Shown: positions 1 to 18,991 of the stretch, in pieces | Position numbering within the stretch: the stretch's first letter is position 1 | How the letters are laid out: every line of letters starts with the position of its first letter | DNA from: Hormiphora californensis | Taxonomy: Eukaryota > Animalia > Ctenophora | NCBI GenBank assembly: GCA_020137815.1 | Contig: CM035351.1 | Location: 7,440,001 to 7,504,000, forward strand | Length of the DNA: 64,000 bases | Direction of reading: 5' to 3' | The notes under the pieces: model-generated | The model's input: the letters and a program-made list of their open reading frames with translations, nothing else | Database searches by the model: none | Told to the model about the DNA's origin: nothing | Translations under genes and position numbers: made by a program

Positions 1-527
1 ACCACCGGAGAGACTGCAGCACAGTTTTGAGCAAGAACAGTAGAGTAAGCTTTCACCTTCTGCACTGAGTTTGTCATTGAACTTAGTTGCTCCTGTTGAT
101 TGTTGATGACGGTCTGCTGCAGCTCGATCACCGTAACACGGTGGCGGTCAAGTTCTTCTTTGCACTTACGAAACTCCTCCTCTAGTTTCCTCGTACTGCT
201 AGCCTCATCAAGGCTATACATTGCACATTTCAGAAGTTTCACACCGGACAAAAAGGTTTTACATGTAGTGTCTATGATTTCCTCTTTAGATAAGGTCTTG
301 AGAATATGTCTAAAGTGAGAGCATATATCGTCACTAGGTGAACCAAGTTTTGACTCAGGGAATTGTTTGATAAAGTTGTAGTTATTCGTTACTTGCTGCG
401 GTTCAAAAGTTATCTCTTCCGAGGTATCCTCGTAGTCCATTCTCAAAATTTCCATAACATGGTCGTTCACTGCTTTTATCAATCGTTCATTCGTAGGGTT
501 ATCGCCCTCGTTATCTTTCGTTCCCAT
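1..527 (-). CDS. LINE ORF1-like coiled-coil protein, N-terminal part (runs off the window start); homologous to the ORF at 53792-54901
   Basis: Hand translation from ATG at 527: MGTKDNEGDNPTNERLIKAVNDHVMEILRMDYEDTSEEITFEPQQVT...SVQKVKAYSTVLAQNCAAVSPV, open to base 1. Aligns by eye with SEFDPNKLT and AVQTVVKEEIQSYSTVLE of the 53792-54901 ORF. Absent from the ORF track because it has no stop in the window. Confidence 0.75.
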   Translation of the reverse strand, partial: MGTKDNEGDNPTNERLIKAVNDHVMEILRMDYEDTSEEITFEPQQVTNNYNFIKQFPESKLGSPSDDICSHFRHILKTLSKEEIIDTTCKTFLSGVKLLKCAMYSLDEASSTRKLEEEFRKCKEELDRHRVTVIELQQTVINNQQEQLSSMTNSVQKVKAYSTVLAQNCAAVSPV

Positions 528-547
528 CACTACCTAGAGGCTCACGC

Positions 548-584
548 CTCAAATTAATTTGTTTAAAGTAGTGTTGAAAAGTTT
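548..584 (-). other. Spliced-leader (SL) relic at the 5' end of a retroelement
   Basis: Minus strand reads AAACTTTTCAACACTACTTTAAACAAATTAATTTGAG, ending 20 nt before the ORF1 ATG. The last 26 nt are identical to 18909-18934. Matches my recollection of the ctenophore SL. Confidence 0.85.
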
Positions 585-1398
585 CAGCGTTACCTTATCT
601 CACACTGCCTGTAGCATATTCCAACCTTTCTAGGTAGTTTATCTGGAATTTGGAGGCCGAATCACACCTCTGATCCCCACAAAGCTTTAGAATTGACATA
701 AAAATTATCCAAAAACGTTTTAGTAGTGTCTCAGGACTCAGACCCAGGTACTTTAGATTCCAAAAACGTAATTCCTAAATCCTGGGGTACTAAAGCTCCG
801 GAAACACTTGGCACATGCTACAGACCCATAGAAAGTGCGGGATAAGGGAGCGCTTTTCAACGAAAACACCAGAACCTGCCACCTGGAATAACCTGCACAC
901 CAGGCTGCTCTCCACCGTGTAGCGGTGCAGAGCAGCCACTAGACACGAATCACGATGAGGTGTAAATCAGGTCACCATACAGTCCCCGTGTGGGTTGTGT
1001 AGGAACCTGGAATAACGGAATAGAAAATAGACTAAGTATGAAGTTTAATATTTTTTTTCCTGGGTCAATCGCAACGCTTGTGAAGGTCTCCCTGTACAAA
1101 GAGCGAAGAGAAACAGGGGACACAAATGAGGGTGAACCGTAGGTATTGTGTTAGGACACCCTGTATAAATGTTTATGTTACAATGTAAAACCTATGTTGT
1201 ATTGTGCAACAGCACAAAACCTAAGACGGCTAAGAGGCCATCAGTTGGGGTTTGTTAATTTTTCATTAGTTTTTACTTAACCTAAAATGTACTCTTCAAT
1301 ATCGGTTTTATGCCTCCATTGCCTCCAAGCTTATACCACTCACCAATAATTATCTAAAAACTTTTAGCTCAGCAGTGAATGGTTGATACCAATGGGGG

Positions 1399-6988
<5,590 letters not shown>

Positions 6989-7839
6989 GTCAAATAAAAA
7001 CTCTCCGATCTGTACTACAATGTGTAACATGTAACATGTGTAATCTGTAACATGAGTTTGTGTGGACGTCTTGAGTGTTTTTTGTGTTTTTTTCTACCTG
7101 AGTTGAAGATATAATCTTTCTTTATATAATTTCAAATAACAACTGAACACTAGGCAATGTTTTCTAATAATTCATGTGCTAAACCAAATATTATACGATA
7201 TATTTCAATCAATAGCCCGTGGTAGAGTTATTTTTGACGAATATGAGCATTTATAAATTTGTAAGTAGCGTTTCTAGTTTTATGTTTTGAGTTAGAAATA
7301 GAGTTATGTAATCTGATTCTGCAGCATACCGAGTTATGGAGTCGGGATGTAGTGAGGGTCTTACTTAGATCGTTTATAGTGAGGCTAAAAATACCGAATT
7401 TCACGACGTTATACGATAGGAAGTTATAGCCTAGCTTGCTAAGACAAATTTAAATCTTTACGAATTGAGTGTGGATATCTAATTAATTTAATATTCCATG
7501 TCACCATATATCATTTTTTATCATACTTCCTTTACCCATAAATTTCTGTCTAGTAAATTCTCGTCAAGTACATCCCCCAACTCGCTACATCTTTCTCAGT
7601 CACTGTGTTCTATGCTGTCTGGCGCCGCCGACCCCATCTGAGCGCACTGAGAATCAAATTGGGATATGACGCCGCCAGACAGCTCCTAACCGGAAACACT
7701 AACACAGAAACTGTGTTCTATGTACATTGATCTCATGTGAGGTACACAGTACTTTTAGAGACCTAGGGGATGTACTTTTCAACAGTAATGTTAACATTGG
7801 ATTGGTTACATGGCTCCATAATTGGTACTGTCCCCCTAA

Positions 7840-8070
7840 AGTCGAATTTTTTATTTAAGCGACAGGCCGCCGCGCATCAAAATGCAGCGCTTGAAATCGA
7901 TTTCCGGTTCCTGATAAGCTAGCGACTTTTTCTTGGTGCCATTGGAAAGATAAAATTTTTATCTTTCCAACGCAACCAGGATCAAGTCTTTATCTTATCA
8001 GGAACCGGAGATATGACCAATTAACCAATTGAGTGCGCGGCGGCCTGTCGCTTAAATAAAAAATTCGACT
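7840..8070. mobile_element. MITE with ~37-bp terminal inverted repeats
   Basis: AGTCGAATTTTTTATTTAAGCGACAGGCCGCCGCGCA ... TGCGCGGCGGCCTGTCGCTTAAATAAAAAATTCGACT. Confidence 0.8.
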
Positions 8071-8663
8071 ATACTGTCCGCACCAATCTAAGCGAGTGCA
8101 CTGTCTGGCGCTGTCAGAGCATTGGCCTGCCCCTATAATTATCATTTATCATTTCTTTCAAACTCTTCTGCGTGCGAGAACCGTGGTCAGGTCTAGCGAC
8201 GTCGACCCGATCTGTGAATCAATACGGGGTCTGACGCCAGACAGCACTGTCTGGGGTATAACGGTGCCAGACAGCTTGGTGGCATGGATCCCCCCTCCCC
8301 CCTATGGATCATGCTCGCGGGAATAGGATGTGGAGATAGGATGCTGGATGCCAATATGGATCATCCAAGTATGGATTGTCATAATCATAATTCCCAATAG
8401 ATTCTGTCATTTCTCATACACATTTCGTATGCACGCAGAGCCCTACTATCACCCACGGTCGGCAGTTCTGATACCGATTCGGATTACCGGTCCATCCTAT
8501 TTCCAGCAAACACCAGATACCAATCCTTGAAGAACAAACTAAAAACACAGCAGTTTACATCACATGGTAAGGCCAATAACTTATACAAAATCGTAATTTC
8601 ACGGAGAGAAAGGATTGCCCTTGATCGTATTATTGTTTGAAGTGTCTATGTCTCGTGTCTTCT

Positions 8664-12438
<3,775 letters not shown>

Positions 12439-13308
12439 CCTGGAAACAAGTGGTGTTCGAGGTTAGTGGTAGGAAAGGGTTTGGAAATGCATTGGGTATT
12501 ATTGGAGGGTTTATTAGAGTTGGTTGAATGGTGAGATGATGATGATGATGTTGACGACATTTTACAGTGATCATGTTGATGAGTAATCATAATTGGAATG
12601 GGTTAGATTATGCATTACTTTTAACTTTCAATTGAATTCACCGATTACGTCAGATCGGTTCAGTCATAGTAAATGTTACTGCGGGTGCTCTCTAAAATAT
12701 CTCTCTCTTTCTCTCTCTACTTTATGATATCTCTCTCTTTCTCTCTGTCTCTAGCTATGCTTGCTCTCCCACTACTATAGAACTGTTCTCTGTGTACATA
12801 CATTACATCATGCCGTGGCTCTCTCTCTCTCTCTCCCATTCTCTCAACTTTTGCTATCATTTTTCAGTAATTAACCACTTTTTATTAAATATGATAAAAT
12901 TTACATCAGGATATTTCGGCTACAGAGATACTTTACGTACAAGTTATACCAGGCGTCTCTATATCTCAATGTGTAACGTCATCAATTATGAACACATGTG
13001 TGTGTGTGTGTGTGTGTGTGTATATCTGTTATACAATGTGTCTCATTGTCACAGAGAGGGAAGCTCTTCAGGGCAATTATTAATTGGAACTGGTAGGGGA
13101 AACAACGAAAATAAAACCCGCATTAATTGTGAAATTGTAAAAAAATAAATGTAGCGTTTATCGTACATTATGAACTCAACAACGCAGTCTTTTAAATAAT
13201 AAACGGTGTGCCTGTCAATTGTGTAAAGGAATTGTTTTGGTAGAAAGAGGAAATAGCATGTAAAACCACGCCAGAATAATATATGATGTGCCCTCTCACA
13301 ACTCTCTA

Positions 13309-16300
13309 TCAGGAGAGATATGTGCCGATGAATTGGGCCACCCCTAAAGCAGACATTTCCATTGCAAGACCATTGTAACGTGAATCTTCGTATGGATCAG
13401 CAAACCGGAACACAGCTTTTAGAGAGAGACAGGGTGTTCCTGAGAGGGAACAAGTTCGATACAACTCCACTGTCTCCGTGTCACTTCCCAACACCCTCTG
13501 AAACAATATATTACTGGAATTAGTGACTACATTACGAAATTTAGGATTAGGGTTTAAAAGTTAATATAAGTGAAGGGGTTTCAGAATTACAATTACCTCT
13601 GGACAAAGTGCGGATCGATGGAAGGCTGTACCAGTCTCATAAGGTAGGTCTACAGGAGACACTACACCCCGTTTTAGTGTTGGAGTTAAACGGCGCTTTC
13701 TCAGCGAGACTCCATCAGTAGATAGTACTGCAGCCTGGGGAGATATTTCAAACTTTCATCAACTCCAACGTAAAACTATTTATTGAGGATGACAGTGAAC
13801 TGTATGAGTCGAGTGCTGTAAATACACATAATTTGGGTGACAAGTCCCATGTTCACAGTAAACAGTTGTAGTACATGTTAATATGGTTACATACTGGGTC
13901 CTGGGACACGCTGAGATGTTAGTAGTCATAACTTAGATAACCACTTAGATAACCAACTTAACTGACAAACCCATCTAAAGAAGTGTCTTTACCTCTAGAT
14001 TCGGATCAACTGAGACGGTATTTCTAGATTCATTATACACAAGGGCCATATTGATGTTGTGAAGACAGGGATACTGAGAATGGTAGATGGCCATATTGTG
14101 GAGAAATCCCTGGGTATCATACCCCGCACTGTGATCGTAGTCAATAGAGTTGAGGAAATCAGATTTTAGCGGCTCAACCTAGGGGGGGGGGAGTTCAATA
14201 TCAGGAACTTAGAACTGGGGGTTGAATCACTTATAATATCGCCATCCATACACCCAGTTCAACGAATAGTGCTACTACAACTAACCGACTTTATCTCCAG
14301 TATAAGTTTGGTGATCCACAACAGGACCTGTGATGCTGGGATATCCATGGGTCGGGGAAGAAGGCCAGGTAACCTCCACAATTGGGTACCCCCACTACCC
14401 TCTACCCGGGCCAGGAGATCCCGCACAGAGTCAGCCAGGGTGTAGGTTATACTACTAAAGGGTACCTCATCACACACAACCAAGTCACACAGGGACACCT
14501 GGGGGGGGGGAAGGTGGTAAAGAACAGGGAGAGTGGTTCATTGGTTAATGGAACATTTTAAGTGCACGGTGAATTTGTAACTTACCCTGCCCCTAACACC
14601 ATCACACAGTCCCGTCAGTAGAATAAGGTGGGGATTAAACCGGTTTATAGAATCCTGGAGACATTTCCCAAACTCCCTCACCGGGCTACACACAATCACA
14701 ATGGCATCGAACAGTGTCACAAAGTAAAACTGTGAATCAGGAAGTTTCCGCATGGAGCTAGTTGTCTCCCCGCCCAGAATCTTCGTTAGCCGTGCCTGGA
14801 TCAGCTCACTTTGCAGAGTGTTACCCGTTAGGACCAGGATAGTGCGGCGGTTTGTGCAGGGTTTCCGTAGGTTTGGTGGTGCTACAGCTGCTCTGGCAGA
14901 GGGACGCACCCAGTTCCCGTCCTCTTTACTCTCCTCTCTGAGCTTGGTTATCTGGTCAAGGAGGGTGGAGGACGTAGGTCGGGTATCATGGTCTAGGGAG
15001 CAGGTTATGGCAATTTCTAGGAACCGTGATGCCACCTCAACTGGCCATGGGGCTCCTTTTCTAGACACTACATCGTGGGGTTTATTAGACTTCATGTCAA
15101 TCAAACCAACTAGGGACTGGGCTTCAACTGGGACCCGTTTGGAATCAAATGCACACAGGTTGGTTAGAAGCTCCAACAGTAGCACACCATAACTGTAACA
15201 ATCAGTCTTGGTTGAAATCTGACCTCGTGCTGCCTCGGGACTTATGTAACCCATTGTGCCCTGTAACCGGTTAGTCATGACAGTTGAGTTATCACTGCCA
15301 AGGCGAGCTAACCCAAAATCTCCGATCTTCGCTTGACACTCGTTAGTAAGGAGCACATTAGCCGATTTGAGATCTCTGTGTATCAGGGGTTTGTCCGTGG
15401 CCGTGTGAAGGTAAACCAGACCCTTGGCTATATCCTCTGCAATGTGAAGTCTTGTCCCCCATGCCATGGATTGGGAGTCTGGACCTGCCAGAGCACTCGC
15501 CAGCGAGCCCTTTTCCATATAGTAGTAGACCAAACAGGGTGCCTTAGGGTCCAGGGAGTAACCGACCAATTCCAGCAGATTTGGATGCCGGTATTTAGAT
15601 AGAGCCGCAACTTCCACTGCAAATTGTTTTAAACCGACCGATCTCGCATGCATGTCGTTTTGGATGTTCAGTTTTTTAATCGCGAATGTTGTGTTTTTCA
15701 AGTTCCCCTTGTACACAGTTCCAAATGATCCCATCCCAAGTTTACAGCTGGATGTGGATTCTCTAAAGTCATTAGTCGCGTGACACACCTCTTCGTAACT
15801 AAACTCAACTAGTCCCTTGTTCCTCAACGCCAATAGTATGTCATCCGTCATCGACTCCTTGGCTGCAGTGGCAACATACGACAAGCTAATATCGTGAGAC
15901 GTTGACGGGAAATCTGGTAACTCTGGTCGACCCTGCATTATGGATCGTGTCAGACCGCTCGGTTTAGGCTGGGGAGCACGGTTTGGTGCATCCGATAGTT
16001 TTAGACTTGCCGCCAACGATTTAGACACTTGACCAGATTTCTTGAGAAAATCGAAAGCTTTCTTGTTTCTCAGTTTAAACAAAATGGTAAATAGCTCATC
16101 AACATTTGTCCCAGTCATTGAGAGGTCACTGAGGAGGGCCCTTGAGGGGCTGCCGTCCATCTGTTTTTCACACAGCCCAAACGAACATATTTGGGTGTTG
16201 GAGTAGATGCCGAGCTTTGCAGCAAGGGCTCTCCAGTTCTGATCCCCATGAGACGTGTCAAGAATTTCGCTCAGCCCGTGGACGCAGGAGTAAGGGACAT

Positions 16301-16322
16301 CACTGAGACGTTTTGGTGCCAT
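13309..16322 (-). CDS. IRAK/Pelle-like kinase: Death domain + Ser/Thr kinase + C-terminal nucleoside phosphorylase (PNP_UDP_1)-like domain; at least 5 exons
   Basis: Exon 1 16322-14586: Death domain (NWRALAAKLG...SPSRALLSDL), kinase GMGSFGTVYKG, FAIKKL, Tyr-gatekeeper CLVYYYM, HRDLKSAN, DFG, GTMGYISPE, then PHLILLTGLCDGVRGR. In-frame phase-0 exons 14498-14286 (VSLCDLVV), 14178-13993, 13734-13597, 13497-13309 (RVLGSDTET...PCLSLKAVFRFAD...SALGVAQFI). Small extra exons in 13992-13735 cannot be excluded. Confidence 0.85.
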
Positions 16323-16759
16323 CACACAGTGAACATAGCTTCTTTTATCATTTTTTCTACGGATCAAAATATAAATTAGCTCAAAGTTACAAGTTTGTTA
16401 AGAAGTTCTATTACATCAATGGCGACAGGGGTCAGGGCCAGGGAATTTCTCGCCTTCTCAAATCCCAGACTTCTTAATTCTTCAACTTGAAACAGAAAAC
16501 TTGAAAATTAATAATATTCAAACAGAACCTTTTTTCTAGAAACAACAAATTAACACCGACTACCGGGGGCTCAGGCTTCAGAATCCAGAACTCAGATTTC
16601 AGAAATGGGAACTGAAAGTTAAAACGGACAACGGTGCAGAAAGTTGGCTTTTCAATGCAGAAAGATAAGAAAGAAATTGGCAAACGTTGCTGCCCCCCGC
16701 GGGATAAGGCAGCTGCAGCACTTTTCAACGCTTTTCAAAGAGATGTAGGTCGTAGGACT

Positions 16760-18192
16760 GAAGCATTCAAGTTCGCCGACGACGGATCTGTGTTGGTTTT
16801 TGGAGACCAGACTCAATGCGAGAGAACTATGGCAATAGTTTTGGACTACATTCACAACTGGTGTCGGAAGTGGAGACTAGCGGTGAACTGTGATAGAAAT
16901 AAAACAGAGATTGTCATCATCAGACCAAGGGGTTCATCAGATGATAGTGCATCACCTCAGCAACTGAAGATTGGAAATAAAGTTGTCTCTTTTGCCAAGA
17001 ATAGTAAAGTCCTTGGGGTTTACATTGATAGTAACCTAAATTTCATGACTCATGCTGCTGATGTACTGAAAAGATGCTGGTTTAACTGGAACACATTAAC
17101 CTCAATGACTGGTCGACTGACAGGGATTAACAGTTCGGGGCTTTCGCTACTATTCAGAACAGTAATCTTGACAAAGATCCTTTATGCAGCACCAGTTTGG
17201 TTAAGACAGCGAACGGACTTCTTCGGAGATCTTCTTTCCCGAGCACGGCTGAAGATAACAGGGGGACAAGTTCACATAGCCAAACCTCTGTCAGAACTCC
17301 TAGCATGCGTGCCTCCTATTGACGTTCTTGTGGAAACAGTGGTAACCAAATTTGTCCTAAAAGGCCTTGCAGCTAAAGATAATATATCAGCTAAACTACT
17401 ACAAATTGAAGCGGAACAAAATCATGTGTTCTTCTGGCAGATTGCTGCTACCAAAAGATATTTGGTTTGGAAGTCGACTCAACTAGACGGTGTCCAGATC
17501 CAGGATTCTAACAGAGATTCAATCAGAACTATTAACTTGGGAAGTTTAGAGCCGGACACTTTCCTGTACTCAAAAGAGGAAATGAGACAGTGCACATGTA
17601 GTTTATGGGACCGGTCACTCAAATCATCGATTAACCATTTGACTCGAGATGACCCTTTCAGCATACTTCCTATTCACTCTCAAGAAGAACTCGCCAACCT
17701 TATCAACTCAGAGGCCACTTTGGATTTCCCCATAATTCCAAGAAACATGTCCCGACAGAACTCATCTCAGGTCTTAGACTTTGTACATGGCAGATCCTTA
17801 CGTTTTCAAGACTTCAGCTTCAGTTACCTGAGATACGAGCGATCACTTACAGTTCCCAACTGTCTTGAATGTGGCCAACTCCCAGATTCAACATTCCACA
17901 AGTTGTTTGAATGTTCTGCGATAAAAGATGTGGAAGGGCCCCGTGAGGAACTAAGGGTGATATCTTCTTATGAAATGAACTTCCATCTTCCACTAATTTT
18001 CTCCAAAGACAAGCAGGTAAAATCGAACTTTAGAAAGCTAGTAAGAGCTGTAATAGAACAATCTTTATTTGGGGATCAACTGCTTGTGTAATGGGTTTAT
18101 ATTCTAATCAATTGTAAATGTATAACTGACCAGCCCGAGACGTACACACTGTGTACGAATCGCACTCCACGGAGTGAATTTTTAACTAACTT
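16760..18192 (+). mobile_element. 5'-truncated non-LTR retrotransposon (RT C-terminal half plus CCHC zinc knuckle)
   Basis: Begins at RT motif AFKFADDG; WCRKWRLAVNCDRNKTE, KVLGVYIDSNLNF, ILYAAPVW, CLECGQLPDSTFHKLFEC; stop at 18091; 3' hairpins CGTACACACTGTGTACG and CACTCCACGGAGTG; short TAAC tail. ORF-track residues before ~16760 are non-element sequence. Confidence 0.85.
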
Positions 18193-18199
18193 ATTTAAT

Positions 18200-18903
18200 C
18201 AATTTACAATATATTTTAATCATTATCTAATCAGTATTTTAATCGACATTTTTTATATTTTTTTGTATGATCTGACAGCTGAGAAAGTGTGAAAGAGACC
18301 TAGAGAGTTCCATTTTCCTCGCAAATAGGAGGGCAATATTGACAGTGTCAATTTATTGTAAACAGATTTAATAATAATAATCAAAGAAAGAAAAAGAAGA
18401 AGTTCAAAATTAAAAAAAAGGGGGGGGGGCGGCCAATATCGGCCTTAAAATAAAATATATAATAAATTACACAGTAGAAATCAATGGAATCAATAAATTA
18501 TTGTGGAATTAGTCCATACGATATAAATATTCATCAGCGTCACTTGCAGCCGTCTTGCCCCTGCCCCGATATCCCCTAATCGATACAGTTATTGAGCGAA
18601 CCATCGCAAATGATAAGCGCAGTCTAAGATACCGAATACAGTCCTGGCGCTCATATCCAGTTTTGGAAGATTTTCGGTGGGCTAACTGTTTCAGTGTGTT
18701 CTGAAATTCTCTACCAAGTCCGCCTGATGTTGACATGACAAGCGGAGTGAACACCGCCTTCTCAACCTGGAGAACTCGTTGCAGATAAGCTTTCTTCTTC
18801 TCAGTTTCATGCTTCTCATAGATCTTCTGTATACTCTGGTTGGCATTAGACTTTACCCTTGGATTAAAAATCCTTACGTCAAAATAGGTACAGTTTCAAG
18901 CTT
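18200..18903 (-). mobile_element. CRE-like (restriction-like endonuclease) non-LTR element, 3' part
   Basis: YFDVRIFNPR...HETEKKKAY...FTPLVMSTSGGLG...LSFAMVRS (RLE domain); stop at 18509; A/T-rich 3' UTR whose end is approximate. Continues the 24503-25266 piece. Confidence 0.85.
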
Positions 18904-18934
18904 TTCGGCACTACTTTAAACAAATTAATTTGAG
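18892..18934 (+). other. Spliced-leader (SL) relic at the 5' end of the full-length LINE
   Basis: AGTTTCAAGCTTTTCGGCACTACTTTAAACAAATTAATTTGAG. Last 26 nt identical to 548-573(-); located exactly at the insertion junction, 57 nt before the ORF1 ATG. Confidence 0.85.
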
Positions 18935-18991
18935 GTCTATGACCTCGAATTAGCCAATGTGTTTTAGTATGGCATACTAAGAGCACGGAAC

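Noticed and set aside
585-1166. Possible Tc1/mariner-like remnant ending GGACACCCTGTA
   Set aside because: Only one putative terminus is visible in the window.
16634-16759. N-terminal extension of the 485-aa RT ORF as a chimeric gene
   Set aside because: Chance open frame upstream of a 5'-truncated element; no RT similarity before AFKFADD.
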